Assembly (NCBI GenBank): GCA_963822445.1
Contig: CAWGHO010000002.1
Coordinates: forward strand, 832,001-896,000
Source: an uncultured Acidobacteriota bacterium
Lineage (GTDB): Bacteria > Acidobacteriota > Thermoanaerobaculia > Gp7-AA8
Direction of reading: 5' to 3'
Length of the DNA stretch: 64,000 bases
Below, piece after piece: positions 1 through 8,904 of the stretch. The notes under the pieces are model-generated. The model did no database searches, was not told the origin of the DNA, and saw only the letters and a program-made list of their open reading frames with translations. The translations under genes and the position numbers were made by a program. Every line of letters starts with the position of its first letter. The first letter of the stretch is position 1.

Positions 1-77
1 AGGATCTCGTCAGCGCCGGCCGGAAGCGCCGCCAGAAACAGCGTCAGAACCGCGAAGGCGGATGAGCGCCGGAGCAT
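1..77 (-). CDS. N-terminus of a secreted protein, runs off the window edge
   Basis: Hand translation from ATG at 77: MLRRSSAFAVLTLFLAALPAGADEI, a typical Sec signal peptide ending AGA; not in the ORF track. Confidence 0.6.
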   Translation of the reverse strand, partial: MLRRSSAFAVLTLFLAALPAGADEI

Positions 78-121
78 GCGCCGATGATCGCACGGCACGT
101 TCGTTGAGTACCATTCGGGCC

Positions 122-1150
122 ATGCAGGCCATCCGACTCGTCACGCAACAGCAACCGCTCGAACAGTTCGATCTGCCCGACCCTTCGCCCGGTCCCGGCC
201 AGATCGTAGTCGACGTGCAACGCGCCGGCATCTGTCACACCGACGCGCATTACCGCGGCGGCACCGGCAAAACCAACCTCCCCATCACCCTCGGCCACGA
301 AGTCGCGGGCGTGGTGTCGGCCGTCGGCGCGGACGTGAAGGACGTTCGCGAAGGACAGCGCGTCGCGCTGCACTACCTGGTGAGCTGCGGAACGTGCGAG
401 CGCTGCCAGAAATACGGCGAGCAGTTCTGCCCGACCGGCGCGATGCTCGGCAAAGAGCATGACGGCGGTTACGCGCAGAAGATCGTCGTGCCGGCCTTCA
501 ACGCGATTCCGATTCCGGACGAGGTCAGCTCCGACGTCGCCTCGATCATGATGTGCTCCACCGCGACGGCGTATCACGCGCTGCGCCTCGGCGATCTCAA
601 GCCCGGTCAGAACGTCGCCGTCCTCGGATTCGGCGGCCTCGGCGTCTCCGCCGTGCAGCTGGCGCGTGCGCTCGGCGCGGCGCAGGTCTTCGCTGTCGAC
701 GTCGTCCCCGAGAAACTGGAGCTCGCGGCGAGCTTCGGCGCAACGCCGCTCGACGCCCGCGAAACCCCCGTGCACAAAGCCATCCTCGGCGCAACCGACG
801 GCAAAGGCGTCGACGTGGTGGTCGAGTTCACAGGCAACGCGGAAGTGGCCCGCGGCGGTCTTCGCGCGACGTCACCCGGCGGCAGGCTGATGATCGTCGC
901 CATCAACCTGCGCAAATTCGAGTTCGATCCGTTCGCCGATCTTCTCGTCCGCGAGCGCCGCATCATCGGCTGCTCCGATCACACCCGCGCGGAACTGGTG
1001 GAACTGATGGAGCTCGCGCGTACCGGCAAGATCGATCTCTCGCGCGCGATCACGCGAACGGTGCCGCTCGAAGCCGGCGCGATCAACGGCGTGCTCGATG
1101 ATCTCGAGCGCGGCAGCGGGCATCTGCGGACGGTGATCGGGACAAGCTAG
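122..1150 (+). CDS. Zinc-binding (MDR family) alcohol dehydrogenase
   Basis: GICHTD and GHE catalytic Zn motifs, CGTCERC...C structural Zn site, GFGGLG Rossmann motif; start chosen 7 nt after TACCAT. Confidence 0.9.
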   Translation: MQAIRLVTQQQPLEQFDLPDPSPGPGQIVVDVQRAGICHTDAHYRGGTGKTNLPITLGHEVAGVVSAVGADVKDVREGQRVALHYLVSCGTCERCQKYGEQFCPTGAMLGKEHDGGYAQKIVVPAFNAIPIPDEVSSDVASIMMCSTATAYHALRLGDLKPGQNVAVLGFGGLGVSAVQLARALGAAQVFAVDVVPEKLELAASFGATPLDARETPVHKAILGATDGKGVDVVVEFTGNAEVARGGLRATSPGGRLMIVAINLRKFEFDPFADLLVRERRIIGCSDHTRAELVELMELARTGKIDLSRAITRTVPLEAGAINGVLDDLERGSGHLRTVIGTS

Positions 1151-1623
1151 ATCAGCGCACGCACGATCAGAAACAGGCCGGCCGCGGCGAAGAGAACCGC
1201 GCATCCGAGCTTCTTCGTCCGCTCCACGAGGTACGCGGTCGATGGGAGGTCGGGGTCGTAAGCGACCACCACCGGCGCCCCGAGTTTCTGCGGAGCATCG
1301 CCGGCATCGAATTCGTACTCGATGCCATTCGCGGCCCTGAAGCGAACGATGGGAACCGTCGCGATATCGTCGCTCGAGGTCGGCTCGTTCCGCGAGTTCC
1401 AGCCTCTCCGGCCGACGCGGGAAACGACCCCTTCCGCGCGGGACATGCTCGAGCACCAGTGACGGTGATCCGCCGAACGCCGGTATTCGACGACGACGTT
1501 GATGATGGCGGCGGCGCAAAGAACGGCGCCGAGGATTACGTCGGGGTGTTCAAAGGGAAACGCGGTCGCAGAAACAGAGAGGCACAGAGATCGCCGTGAT
1601 CTCTGTGCCTCTGTGGTGAACAA
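1147..1623 (-). CDS. DUF3592-like small membrane protein; start uncertain
   Basis: TM segment, AEGVV...PIVRF...YEF...VVVAYDP OB-like core, C-terminal TM; N-terminal extension derives from a repeat hairpin. Confidence 0.6.
   Translation of the reverse strand: MFTTEAQRSRRSLCLSVSATAFPFEHPDVILGAVLCAAAIINVVVEYRRSADHRHWCSSMSRAEGVVSRVGRRGWNSRNEPTSSDDIATVPIVRFRAANGIEYEFDAGDAPQKLGAPVVVAYDPDLPSTAYLVERTKKLGCAVLFAAAGLFLIVRALI
1578..1612. repeat. 15-bp perfect inverted repeat (REP-like)
   Basis: AGAGGCACAGAGATC-GCCGT-GATCTCTGTGCCTCT. Confidence 0.8.
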
Positions 1624-1631
1624 CCGGTTCG

Positions 1632-2255
1632 TTAGAAGCGAAGCCTCAACCCTGCCGAGAGAATCCGCGGCGAGATCTCCAGATCCTGCTCGACACCGGT
1701 CACCGAGGAGCGCGAGCTGGGCTCGTACTGCAGCTGCCGCGCGTCGAGGACGATGCCGAAGCCCTCGGAGATCTGCACGCCGATGCCGGCGTTGAAGTAA
1801 TACGCGATGTCGCTCTCCACCTCGATCCGCCCGACACCCGCGGCTTCGAGATCCTCGGTCAGCAGGTCGTCGCCGAGCACGTACGCGGCACCGGCGCCGA
1901 TGTACGGATCGAAGCGCGACTTGCCGAGGACATGGAACTGCGCGCCGATGGAGATCGGCGTCATGTTCATGTTGCCGAGGTTGAACACCGCCGCGTCTTC
2001 GAAGACCAGCGAGCTCTCCGTACGCAGGCTGAACACCGCGGCCTCGACCGAGAAATGGTTGCCGAAGAAAAAGTTCGCGCTGGCGCCGTAGCCGGTGCCG
2101 TCATCGAAATCGGTATTGAAGCCGTCGCCGAAATCGTTGTCGCCTTGCATCTGCGCCCGCGAGAAAAAGACGGTGAGCTGAACGTCGCGGTCCTGAGCTG
2201 CAAGAGGCAGCGCCGCGGAAACGAGAAGCAGAGCGAGAACCACTTTCAATTTCAT
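1632..2255 (-). CDS. OmpW-family outer membrane beta-barrel protein
   Basis: Signal peptide MKLKVVLALLL, PYIGAGAAY strand, C-terminal Phe (GLRLRF). Confidence 0.8.
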   Translation of the reverse strand: MKLKVVLALLLVSAALPLAAQDRDVQLTVFFSRAQMQGDNDFGDGFNTDFDDGTGYGASANFFFGNHFSVEAAVFSLRTESSLVFEDAAVFNLGNMNMTPISIGAQFHVLGKSRFDPYIGAGAAYVLGDDLLTEDLEAAGVGRIEVESDIAYYFNAGIGVQISEGFGIVLDARQLQYEPSSRSSVTGVEQDLEISPRILSAGLRLRF

Positions 2256-5047
2256 TGTGCACCCCACGGCAGAATCACTCGCGGCTTGAGGTCGAGGCGG
2301 AACGCCTCGTTCGTCAGCCACGGCTTCAGCAGATTGATGTAGAGCGGATTGCCGAGGAGTCCGCTCGCGCCGCCCGGCAGGCTGGTCACGGCGGTGATCC
2401 GCGGCTTCGTTCCTTCAGCCACTCCGCGGCGCACCGGGCCGCTGCTGAACATGAAGCCGTCCAGCGTGGCCGCGCGCGAGTTGTGGCTCGACGCGTCGAC
2501 GACCTCGAATCCGCCGTCCACAGGAATGCCGCTGAGCCCAGTGAGCGGGTGAGGGAACGCTCCGCCGGCGGGCGGCGTGTTGTAGTCGCCGCCGAGCGGA
2601 TGGCGGAAGACGATGCGATGGAGCTTGCCCCAGTGATAGGTGTTCTGATCCGTCGAGCGCGCGTACGCGGGCGCGAACGCCTCGCTCGCCAGGAGCTCGA
2701 GCGCGTCGGCCATGCTCTTCAGAATGAGAATGTCGCGGCGGGCTGCCGCGGTCTCAGCGGTGTTGGCCATCGGCGGGACGTTGAAGAAGTTCACGCCCGA
2801 GACGCCGGCGCCGTGGCGCGTGCCGTAGTTGTCGAGCAGATTCTTCAGCGCGGTCACGGTGAGTGCGCTGCTCGGCCGCGGCAGCGGACCGGTGTTCAGA
2901 ACCGCGTCGATCGTGTTCTTGATGAACTGCCCGCGCCAGACGCTGTACAGAGTCGCGGCGACGCTCGCATTCATCTCAGCGGACGTCGGCGACGCAAGAA
3001 TGCCGTTCACATCTGCGGAGTCCCACCCCTCGAAGATGCCGGTCGGCGTCGAGAAATCCCAGGTCCGCAGGCGATTGACCGCGGCGACGACTCCCGGATG
3101 CCCGGCCAGGCCGGCCAGCGCGGGGATGCTGCTCGCGCCGCCGTTGGCCTGCGCGGCGGTGATGAGCGGCACGAAATACTTCGCGTCGAGCAGCACCACG
3201 TCGGCCTGGATGCGCTGCATGTCGGCGACGGTCATCTTCCCGTTGTTGGCGAGCTTCTCTTTGATCAACTCGGTGATGCGGCCCGCGCGGAAGCCGGCGT
3301 AGCCCGGCGACAGGTAGAAGATGCCGCCACCCGGACGGAGCTGATTGAGGGGATTGTTGTCGAGGGTCGTGCCGGCCGGATCGTTGTTCGCGTTGACGAT
3401 CCATCCGTTGGTCGGGTTGATCGCGAACGGCATCTCGCTCGCGGGCAGGATCTGGTACGGCGAGGACTGGCCGGCGGGACGGGTGGTCACGCGCAGCCAG
3501 TCGTTGCCGCTCACGGAACCGTTGCGCAGAACGAAGGGCGGCGCGCCGGTGACCTTGTTGGCCTGGAGGTCTTCGCGCAGCGGCATCTCACCGCTGGTGA
3601 AGTAGGCGATGTTGCCGTCGACGTCGTTGTACATGAAGTTCTGCGAGCCGACGTCGAAGAACTGCAGGCCGTTGCGGAAGTCGTCGAGGTTCTTGGCTTC
3701 ATTCCAGAGCAGGAAAGTCTCGATCTCGCGCGTCGGTGCGTGACCGATCCACTGAACGCTGACGCCCGCGCCGGTGGCGAGATTCAGCGACACGATCGGC
3801 GCGTTGCGGCGCGAAACGATCAGCGTGGCCGCCGGAATCGAAGCGCTCGGCGCAAGCGGAGTTACGTCATTCGCCGTTCCGTTCGCGGGATTGTTCGCCA
3901 GGAAGACCTGCGGAATCGCCGCGAGCGGCTCCTTGACGCCGTTGAACATCGCCGACAGTCCCGCGGGCGCGGTCGCGTCAGGAACGACCGTCTCGGTGTA
4001 CGCGTCGGTGACGTCCATCGGATTGACGGTGCTGCCCCAGGCGATGCGATCGGTATTTCCCTGCACCACGAAGGGCACGCCGGGGAAGCCCATGCCCGCG
4101 GCGTTGATGCGCACGCCGCTGAGACCGATCGGGTAGAAGGTCGCCGGCATACGCAGCGCGAGATGAGGATCATTCGCCATCAGCGAATTGCCGGTCGCGG
4201 AATGCCTCGGCGCAATGGCCCACTCGTTCGAAGCGCCGCGCTGCTCGGGATCGAGGAAGCGGTCGAAGAAGGGGATCTCCTTCAGATCGGCGATGTACTT
4301 CCTCGCGACCTCGAGGCGCGCGGGAGAGATCGCCGCGGCGGCGTTCTCTCTCCACTCGTCGATCTCATTCACCGAGATGGTCGCGTTGCCCGCGGTCGGC
4401 GCCGCCGAATCGGGAACGGTCGACGCGGGATTGAAGGGCTGGGAGCGGAAGAGGTCTTCGAAGAAAAGCGCGGAGCCGTTGAAGCCGAGCTGCGCGCCCG
4501 CGCCCTGATAGGTCAGCAGGGCCACGGTGTAATCGACGTCGAGCTCGAAGGAGAGGCCGAAGGCCAGGAGCTTGGCCACGGCGATCGTGTCCACCGCCGT
4601 CCATGGTGCGAACTTGGTGATCTCGATCCTCGCGTACTCCGGAGGCAGCGGATGGGACGCAACCCAGGCGTTGACGCCGGCGGCGTACGCGTTGAGCAGC
4701 TCCATGACCCGCGGCGGGTACTCGAGGCTGGAGAGGACGGCGGCGCGGCCGAGGCCGAGGGTTCGCAGCTGGATGTCCTGCGGAAGGACGGATGCGCCGA
4801 CCAGCTCGGCGAACGTGCCGTTCGCCGTGCGCCGGTTCTCATCCATCTGGAAGAGGCGGTCTTCGGCATGAACCCATCCGTTGAGGAAGGCCAGGTCGAA
4901 GTCGGTGAAGGCGCGGATGTGCGGGACACCGCTGCTATCGCGCTCGATCTGTCCGGGAAGACGCATGCCGGGGTGCCTGACCCAGGACTGCGCCGCGAGG
5001 GGAAGGGCGGTGAGAACGAGGAGCACTACCAGTAAGGCTCTACGCAT
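2252..5047 (-). CDS. Penicillin acylase family protein (peptidase S45, Ntn hydrolase)
   Basis: Signal peptide, GVPHI, GWVHAEDRLFQM, catalytic SNEW, ANDPHL, NANN motifs. Confidence 0.92.
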   Translation of the reverse strand: MRRALLVVLLVLTALPLAAQSWVRHPGMRLPGQIERDSSGVPHIRAFTDFDLAFLNGWVHAEDRLFQMDENRRTANGTFAELVGASVLPQDIQLRTLGLGRAAVLSSLEYPPRVMELLNAYAAGVNAWVASHPLPPEYARIEITKFAPWTAVDTIAVAKLLAFGLSFELDVDYTVALLTYQGAGAQLGFNGSALFFEDLFRSQPFNPASTVPDSAAPTAGNATISVNEIDEWRENAAAAISPARLEVARKYIADLKEIPFFDRFLDPEQRGASNEWAIAPRHSATGNSLMANDPHLALRMPATFYPIGLSGVRINAAGMGFPGVPFVVQGNTDRIAWGSTVNPMDVTDAYTETVVPDATAPAGLSAMFNGVKEPLAAIPQVFLANNPANGTANDVTPLAPSASIPAATLIVSRRNAPIVSLNLATGAGVSVQWIGHAPTREIETFLLWNEAKNLDDFRNGLQFFDVGSQNFMYNDVDGNIAYFTSGEMPLREDLQANKVTGAPPFVLRNGSVSGNDWLRVTTRPAGQSSPYQILPASEMPFAINPTNGWIVNANNDPAGTTLDNNPLNQLRPGGGIFYLSPGYAGFRAGRITELIKEKLANNGKMTVADMQRIQADVVLLDAKYFVPLITAAQANGGASSIPALAGLAGHPGVVAAVNRLRTWDFSTPTGIFEGWDSADVNGILASPTSAEMNASVAATLYSVWRGQFIKNTIDAVLNTGPLPRPSSALTVTALKNLLDNYGTRHGAGVSGVNFFNVPPMANTAETAAARRDILILKSMADALELLASEAFAPAYARSTDQNTYHWGKLHRIVFRHPLGGDYNTPPAGGAFPHPLTGLSGIPVDGGFEVVDASSHNSRAATLDGFMFSSGPVRRGVAEGTKPRITAVTSLPGGASGLLGNPLYINLLKPWLTNEAFRLDLKPRVILPWGAQ

Positions 5048-5129
5048 GAAACCTCCAGCCACAGGGAATTAGACGAGAAAGATGTTTAGGGATGGCGATG
5101 GTATACCGGCTGCCGAGGTATACGAAGCC

Positions 5130-6194
5130 ATGTCGATCGCAATCCTTCTCTTCGCGGCAGTTCTTTCCGACACCAGCACCGTCAAGGCGAGCTCTTCTCC
5201 CTCGCCGGTTTACATCGAAGCGCTGAATGGCCGGCAGGTCGTGAATTGCGACCTGATCGTCGAGAACCCAACCGGCGCGCCGCTGGACATCGACGAGGTT
5301 GAGCTATCCGTCTACGACAAGCCGGGAAAGCTGATCATCCGCCGGTTCGTCGATGGCAACGGCACGCGGCCGAGCGTTCGCACGATCGATGTCGCCGAGG
5401 TTCCGGCGCAGGGCAAGGCGCTGATCTTCAATCCGTTTCACACGTTCGACGCGATGATCGACCTCTCGTCGATGGTCTTCGACATCAAGCTGAGCACGAA
5501 GGACGGGAGCACGCTGTACGGCGCGTCGGTGACCGTGAAACCGGTGAATTACGTCCCGCGCGCGACGATGATCCTTCCCCTGCCCGGCCGCCAGATCGTC
5601 TACGACGGCCACGACTTCTATGGGCACCATCGCCGCTGGGATTACATGATCCCTGGACTGCGGCAACTCGGGTTCACGACGAACTTCATGCGCTACAGCT
5701 TCGACTTCGTGACCGTGGACGCGGAGGGCAACATGTCGCGTGGTCCGGAAGAGAAGAATGAGAGCTGGTTCGGTTTCGGCCGCGAGATTCGCGCCGCGGG
5801 TGCGGGGACGGTCGTGGCCGTGCACGATGCCCAACCCGACGACCGCAAGTTCAACCCGCCGATGATCGCGCAACGCGGAACGATGGCGGTGTGGGGCAAC
5901 TACGTGGTCGTCGATCACGGATCCGGCGAGCTCGCTCTGTACGGGCACATCCGCCAGAACAGCAGCCGCGTGAAAACCGGTCAACGCGTGAAGAGCGGTG
6001 AGGTCATCGCCGCGGTGGGTGCCTCAGGCAGCTCGTTGTTCCCGCATCTGCATTTCCAGCTGCAGACCGGCCCCGATACGAGCTCGGAAGGGCTGCCCTC
6101 CACCTTTCACCGGTTCGACAGGATTCTCGGCAGCAGGAAAGTTCACGTGCGCTCGGGAGGCGTGGATACGGGCGAGATTCTGGACGGGCGCTAG
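5130..6194 (+). CDS. Secreted M23 family metallopeptidase-like protein
   Basis: C-terminal GNYVVVDH...YGHI...GASGSS..PHLHFQ motif. Confidence 0.8.
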   Translation: MSIAILLFAAVLSDTSTVKASSSPSPVYIEALNGRQVVNCDLIVENPTGAPLDIDEVELSVYDKPGKLIIRRFVDGNGTRPSVRTIDVAEVPAQGKALIFNPFHTFDAMIDLSSMVFDIKLSTKDGSTLYGASVTVKPVNYVPRATMILPLPGRQIVYDGHDFYGHHRRWDYMIPGLRQLGFTTNFMRYSFDFVTVDAEGNMSRGPEEKNESWFGFGREIRAAGAGTVVAVHDAQPDDRKFNPPMIAQRGTMAVWGNYVVVDHGSGELALYGHIRQNSSRVKTGQRVKSGEVIAAVGASGSSLFPHLHFQLQTGPDTSSEGLPSTFHRFDRILGSRKVHVRSGGVDTGEILDGR

Positions 6195-7261
6195 GAACGG
6201 AATCCGTGATCGTGCGCGAACACGATCGCCTGCGCGCGGGTCCAGACGCCGAGCTTGTCGAACACATTCGAGACGTGATTGCGAACGGTCTTGCCGCTGA
6301 TGCCGAGTTGCGTGGCGATGTCGGCATTGCTCAGGCCATCGGCAAGCAGGACCAGCACTTCGCGTTCTCTGGGCGACAAAGCGAGAAATGGATCGCCGGC
6401 CACGGCTTTGTTGCGCCCGGTGAATTCGAGGACGGCGTCACAGAAGCGCTGCCAGGCGGGCTCGTCTTCGATCAGGACGTGATTGCGCGAGTCGAGCTCC
6501 ACGAATTCAGCATTCGGGATCCGCGCCGCCAGCAACTGCCCCTCGGCGAACGGCACCACACCGTCATTGCGTGAGTGCAGCACCAGCGTGGGGATGCGGA
6601 TCTGATCGAGAAGCCCGGTAATGTCGATGTCGCCACGCGTTTCCATGATCGGAGCGGCGATGGCAGCGGACGTGGTTTTCTTCGCGAGGTCGGTGAACCA
6701 ACGAAGTTGCTCATCGGTTCCGCCGGGGATGAATCGCGAGGTGAAGACCTGGCGAAACGCGGGATTGTCGCGAGCCCAGCCGACGCGGACCAGATCGATG
6801 ATCGCCCGATACTCACGCTGCGCATCGGCATCACCGCGGCGGAAGACACCGCGACCGTACGCGCCGTAGAGAATGAGCCGCGAGACGCGTTCCGGATGGC
6901 GGACCGCGTAGTTGATGCAGGTCGCGCCGCCCTGGGACATGCCGAGAAGGGTGAAGGGCTCGTCGATCTTCGCCGCTTCGATCACGTCCTCGAGGTCTTC
7001 GGTCCAACGCTCGAGCGACAGCGTGGCGACCTCGCGGTCAGTCATCCCGCAACCGCGCTCGTCGTAGCGGACGTAGCGGAAGTGTCCGGCCAGGAAGTGC
7101 ATCCAGTGGCGGAAGACCGGGCTTTCCCAGTCGAACTCGAGATGGGAGAGCCAGTTCGCGGCCTTGACCAGTACCGGTCCGCTGCCCGCTTCGGCCCACG
7201 CGATCCGGACGTCGTCCGACGTGGTGAGGTAGCGGATGACCTGACGCTGTCTTTCTGTCAT
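6191..7261 (-). CDS. Alpha/beta hydrolase fused to a LuxR-type HTH regulator
   Basis: YDERGCGM, GMSQGG nucleophile elbow, C-terminal LSPREREVL...GLSNADIA...KTVRNHVSNVFDKL. Confidence 0.9.
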   Translation of the reverse strand: MTERQRQVIRYLTTSDDVRIAWAEAGSGPVLVKAANWLSHLEFDWESPVFRHWMHFLAGHFRYVRYDERGCGMTDREVATLSLERWTEDLEDVIEAAKIDEPFTLLGMSQGGATCINYAVRHPERVSRLILYGAYGRGVFRRGDADAQREYRAIIDLVRVGWARDNPAFRQVFTSRFIPGGTDEQLRWFTDLAKKTTSAAIAAPIMETRGDIDITGLLDQIRIPTLVLHSRNDGVVPFAEGQLLAARIPNAEFVELDSRNHVLIEDEPAWQRFCDAVLEFTGRNKAVAGDPFLALSPREREVLVLLADGLSNADIATQLGISGKTVRNHVSNVFDKLGVWTRAQAIVFAHDHGFRS

Positions 7262-7320
7262 CGCAGGACCGGGACAATTGTCCCATTGCCGCGCCGGATC
7301 GCGTGCCGCACTTTGAGGCC

Positions 7321-8112
7321 ATGCTCAAACGAACACTCTTCCTCGTTTACGGTGTCGCGGCCTACGCCTTCTTCCTGGGCACGTTTCTGTACGCGATCGC
7401 ATTCGTCGGCGGCTTGCTCGTGCCGACGTCGCTGGACGGTCCGGCGACGGACTCGCTGCCGAAAGCGCTGCTGATCGACGCCGGCCTGCTCACGCTGTTC
7501 GCCGTGCAGCACAGCGTGATGGCGCGCCGCTGGTTCAAGGAGCGCTGGACGCGAATCATCCCGCCGACGCTGGAACGCTCGACGTACGTGCTGTTCGCGA
7601 GCGCCGCGCTGGCCTTCCTCTTGTGGCAATGGCGCCCGCTCGGCGGCTCGGTCTGGTCGGTGGAACACCCCGCCGCCCGTTCCGTGCTCTGGCTCCTCTT
7701 CGCGATCGGCTGGCTGCAGGTGCTGGTGACGACGTTCCTGATCAACCACTTCGACCTGTTCGGCCTGCGCCAGGTCTGGCTGCACTTCCGCGGCCGCCCG
7801 TACACGAAAGTACACTTCGCCACCCCCGCCCCCTACCGCTTCGTCCGCCACCCCCTCTACCTCGGCTTCCTGATCGCGTTCTGGTCCACGCCGAACATGA
7901 CCCTCGCCCACCTGTTCTTCGCGGTGATGACCACCGCGTACATCGTGGTGGCGATCCAGTTCGAGGAGCGGGACCTGTTGCATGAGCATGGGGTTCCGTA
8001 CGAGGAGTATCGGCGGAGTGTGCCGATGCTGTTGCCGATGGGGCGGGGTGGCCGGAGCGCCGGCGTCCCGCCGGCGGGGGCGCAGGCGGGACGCCTGCGG
8101 GAGGGGAGTTAG
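7321..8112 (+). CDS. mddA: Methanethiol S-methyltransferase (MddA; NnrU/ICMT-like membrane methyltransferase)
   Basis: QHSVMAR..FK..W..I.P..ERSTYVL, FLINHFDLFGLRQVW, YRFVRHPLYLGF and EERDL motifs recognised as MddA-like. Confidence 0.8.
   Translation: MLKRTLFLVYGVAAYAFFLGTFLYAIAFVGGLLVPTSLDGPATDSLPKALLIDAGLLTLFAVQHSVMARRWFKERWTRIIPPTLERSTYVLFASAALAFLLWQWRPLGGSVWSVEHPAARSVLWLLFAIGWLQVLVTTFLINHFDLFGLRQVWLHFRGRPYTKVHFATPAPYRFVRHPLYLGFLIAFWSTPNMTLAHLFFAVMTTAYIVVAIQFEERDLLHEHGVPYEEYRRSVPMLLPMGRGGRSAGVPPAGAQAGRLREGS
8054..8099. repeat. GGAG-type REP-like palindrome pair in the mddA 3' end
   Basis: GGAGCGCCGGCGTCCCGCCGGC followed by CGCAGGCGGGACGCCTGCG. Confidence 0.6.
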
Positions 8113-8267
8113 ATCAGCTTCAAAAATTCATCCGCCGTCAGCCGAATGTCGCGTCCATCGGCATGGCGAAACTGTTTGTGGGAGCCACGCTGTCGGACCT
8201 CTACGAAGCCGAGGTGGCTGAGAATGCTGACGACCTCTCTCGGTTTGAGAATCGGCAGCTTCGGCAT
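8109..8267 (-). CDS. hicA: HicA-family toxin, 52 aa, apparent internal in-frame deletion (probably inactive)
   Basis: Hand translation MPKLPILKPREVVSILSHLGFVEVRQRGSHKQFRHADGRDIRLTADEFLKLI; GF...R.GSH motif; start overlaps the hicB stop (TGATG). Confidence 0.8.
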   Translation of the reverse strand: MPKLPILKPREVVSILSHLGFVEVRQRGSHKQFRHADGRDIRLTADEFLKLI

Positions 8268-8476
8268 CAGCCAATCTGAACCAATTGCGTTCCGACGAAC
8301 TCCGCTTCAATCTGCGGCTCTCCATCTTCCAGGAGCATCGCTAAAACTTCGCGCAAGTTCGCGTTCAGTTCGTCGAGCGATTCCGCCTGCGTGTGCGCAC
8401 CCGGGAAACCGGGGATGAATCCGACAAACAGGCCCGTCTCTGCTGAACGTTCGACGACGGCGGTGTAGGTCTTCAT
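8267..8476 (-). CDS. hicB: HicB-family antitoxin (short form)
   Basis: MKTYTAVVER...FVGFIPGFPGAHTQAESLDEL..NLREV; start 7 nt after TAGCCT. Confidence 0.85.
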   Translation of the reverse strand: MKTYTAVVERSAETGLFVGFIPGFPGAHTQAESLDELNANLREVLAMLLEDGEPQIEAEFVGTQLVQIG

Positions 8477-8520
8477 GCAAGGAAGGCTAACACGCGTTGA
8501 GGTGTCGCGATTCTGAACCG

Positions 8521-8823
8521 TCATTCGAAGTCCACCTTCGCGTTTTCGGGCAATGCAAACGTTCCAAAGCACTGACCGCACTCCAAACGGAGGTTCGTGC
8601 CGCTCTCCCAATCGACCTTGTCACTGCTTGCATCGGCAGTTAGAACAAGTGCTCCGTCTTCGTCACGCTGCGCTTCGAAGATCCACGACCGCACGACTTC
8701 CTCTACCAGCCGGAACGGTGTCCATCCATTCGTCTGCCATGCGCCGTGATCCTCACCATGATTCCCGCAATGCGGACAGACGATCGGCAGCTCGCTCCAC
8801 AACGTCTGTGGCTCGTCACTCAC
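8521..8823 (-). CDS. Small acidic protein with two CxxC motifs (putative Zn-binding)
   Basis: CPHC and CGQC flanking about 60 aa; GTG start at 8823 inferred. Confidence 0.65.
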   Translation of the reverse strand: MSDEPQTLWSELPIVCPHCGNHGEDHGAWQTNGWTPFRLVEEVVRSWIFEAQRDEDGALVLTADASSDKVDWESGTNLRLECGQCFGTFALPENAKVDFE

Positions 8824-8904
8824 ACCACGACGATACCTCGGTGCGCAGCACACCCTGGCTAAATCCCCGCCAGGTAGAATCAGACACCTTCAGCACCGTA
8901 AAAC

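Noticed and set aside
2255-5035. 926-aa plus-strand ORF and many similar long shadow ORFs
   Set aside because: Antisense to clear genes; expected from high-GC codon bias; no family motifs
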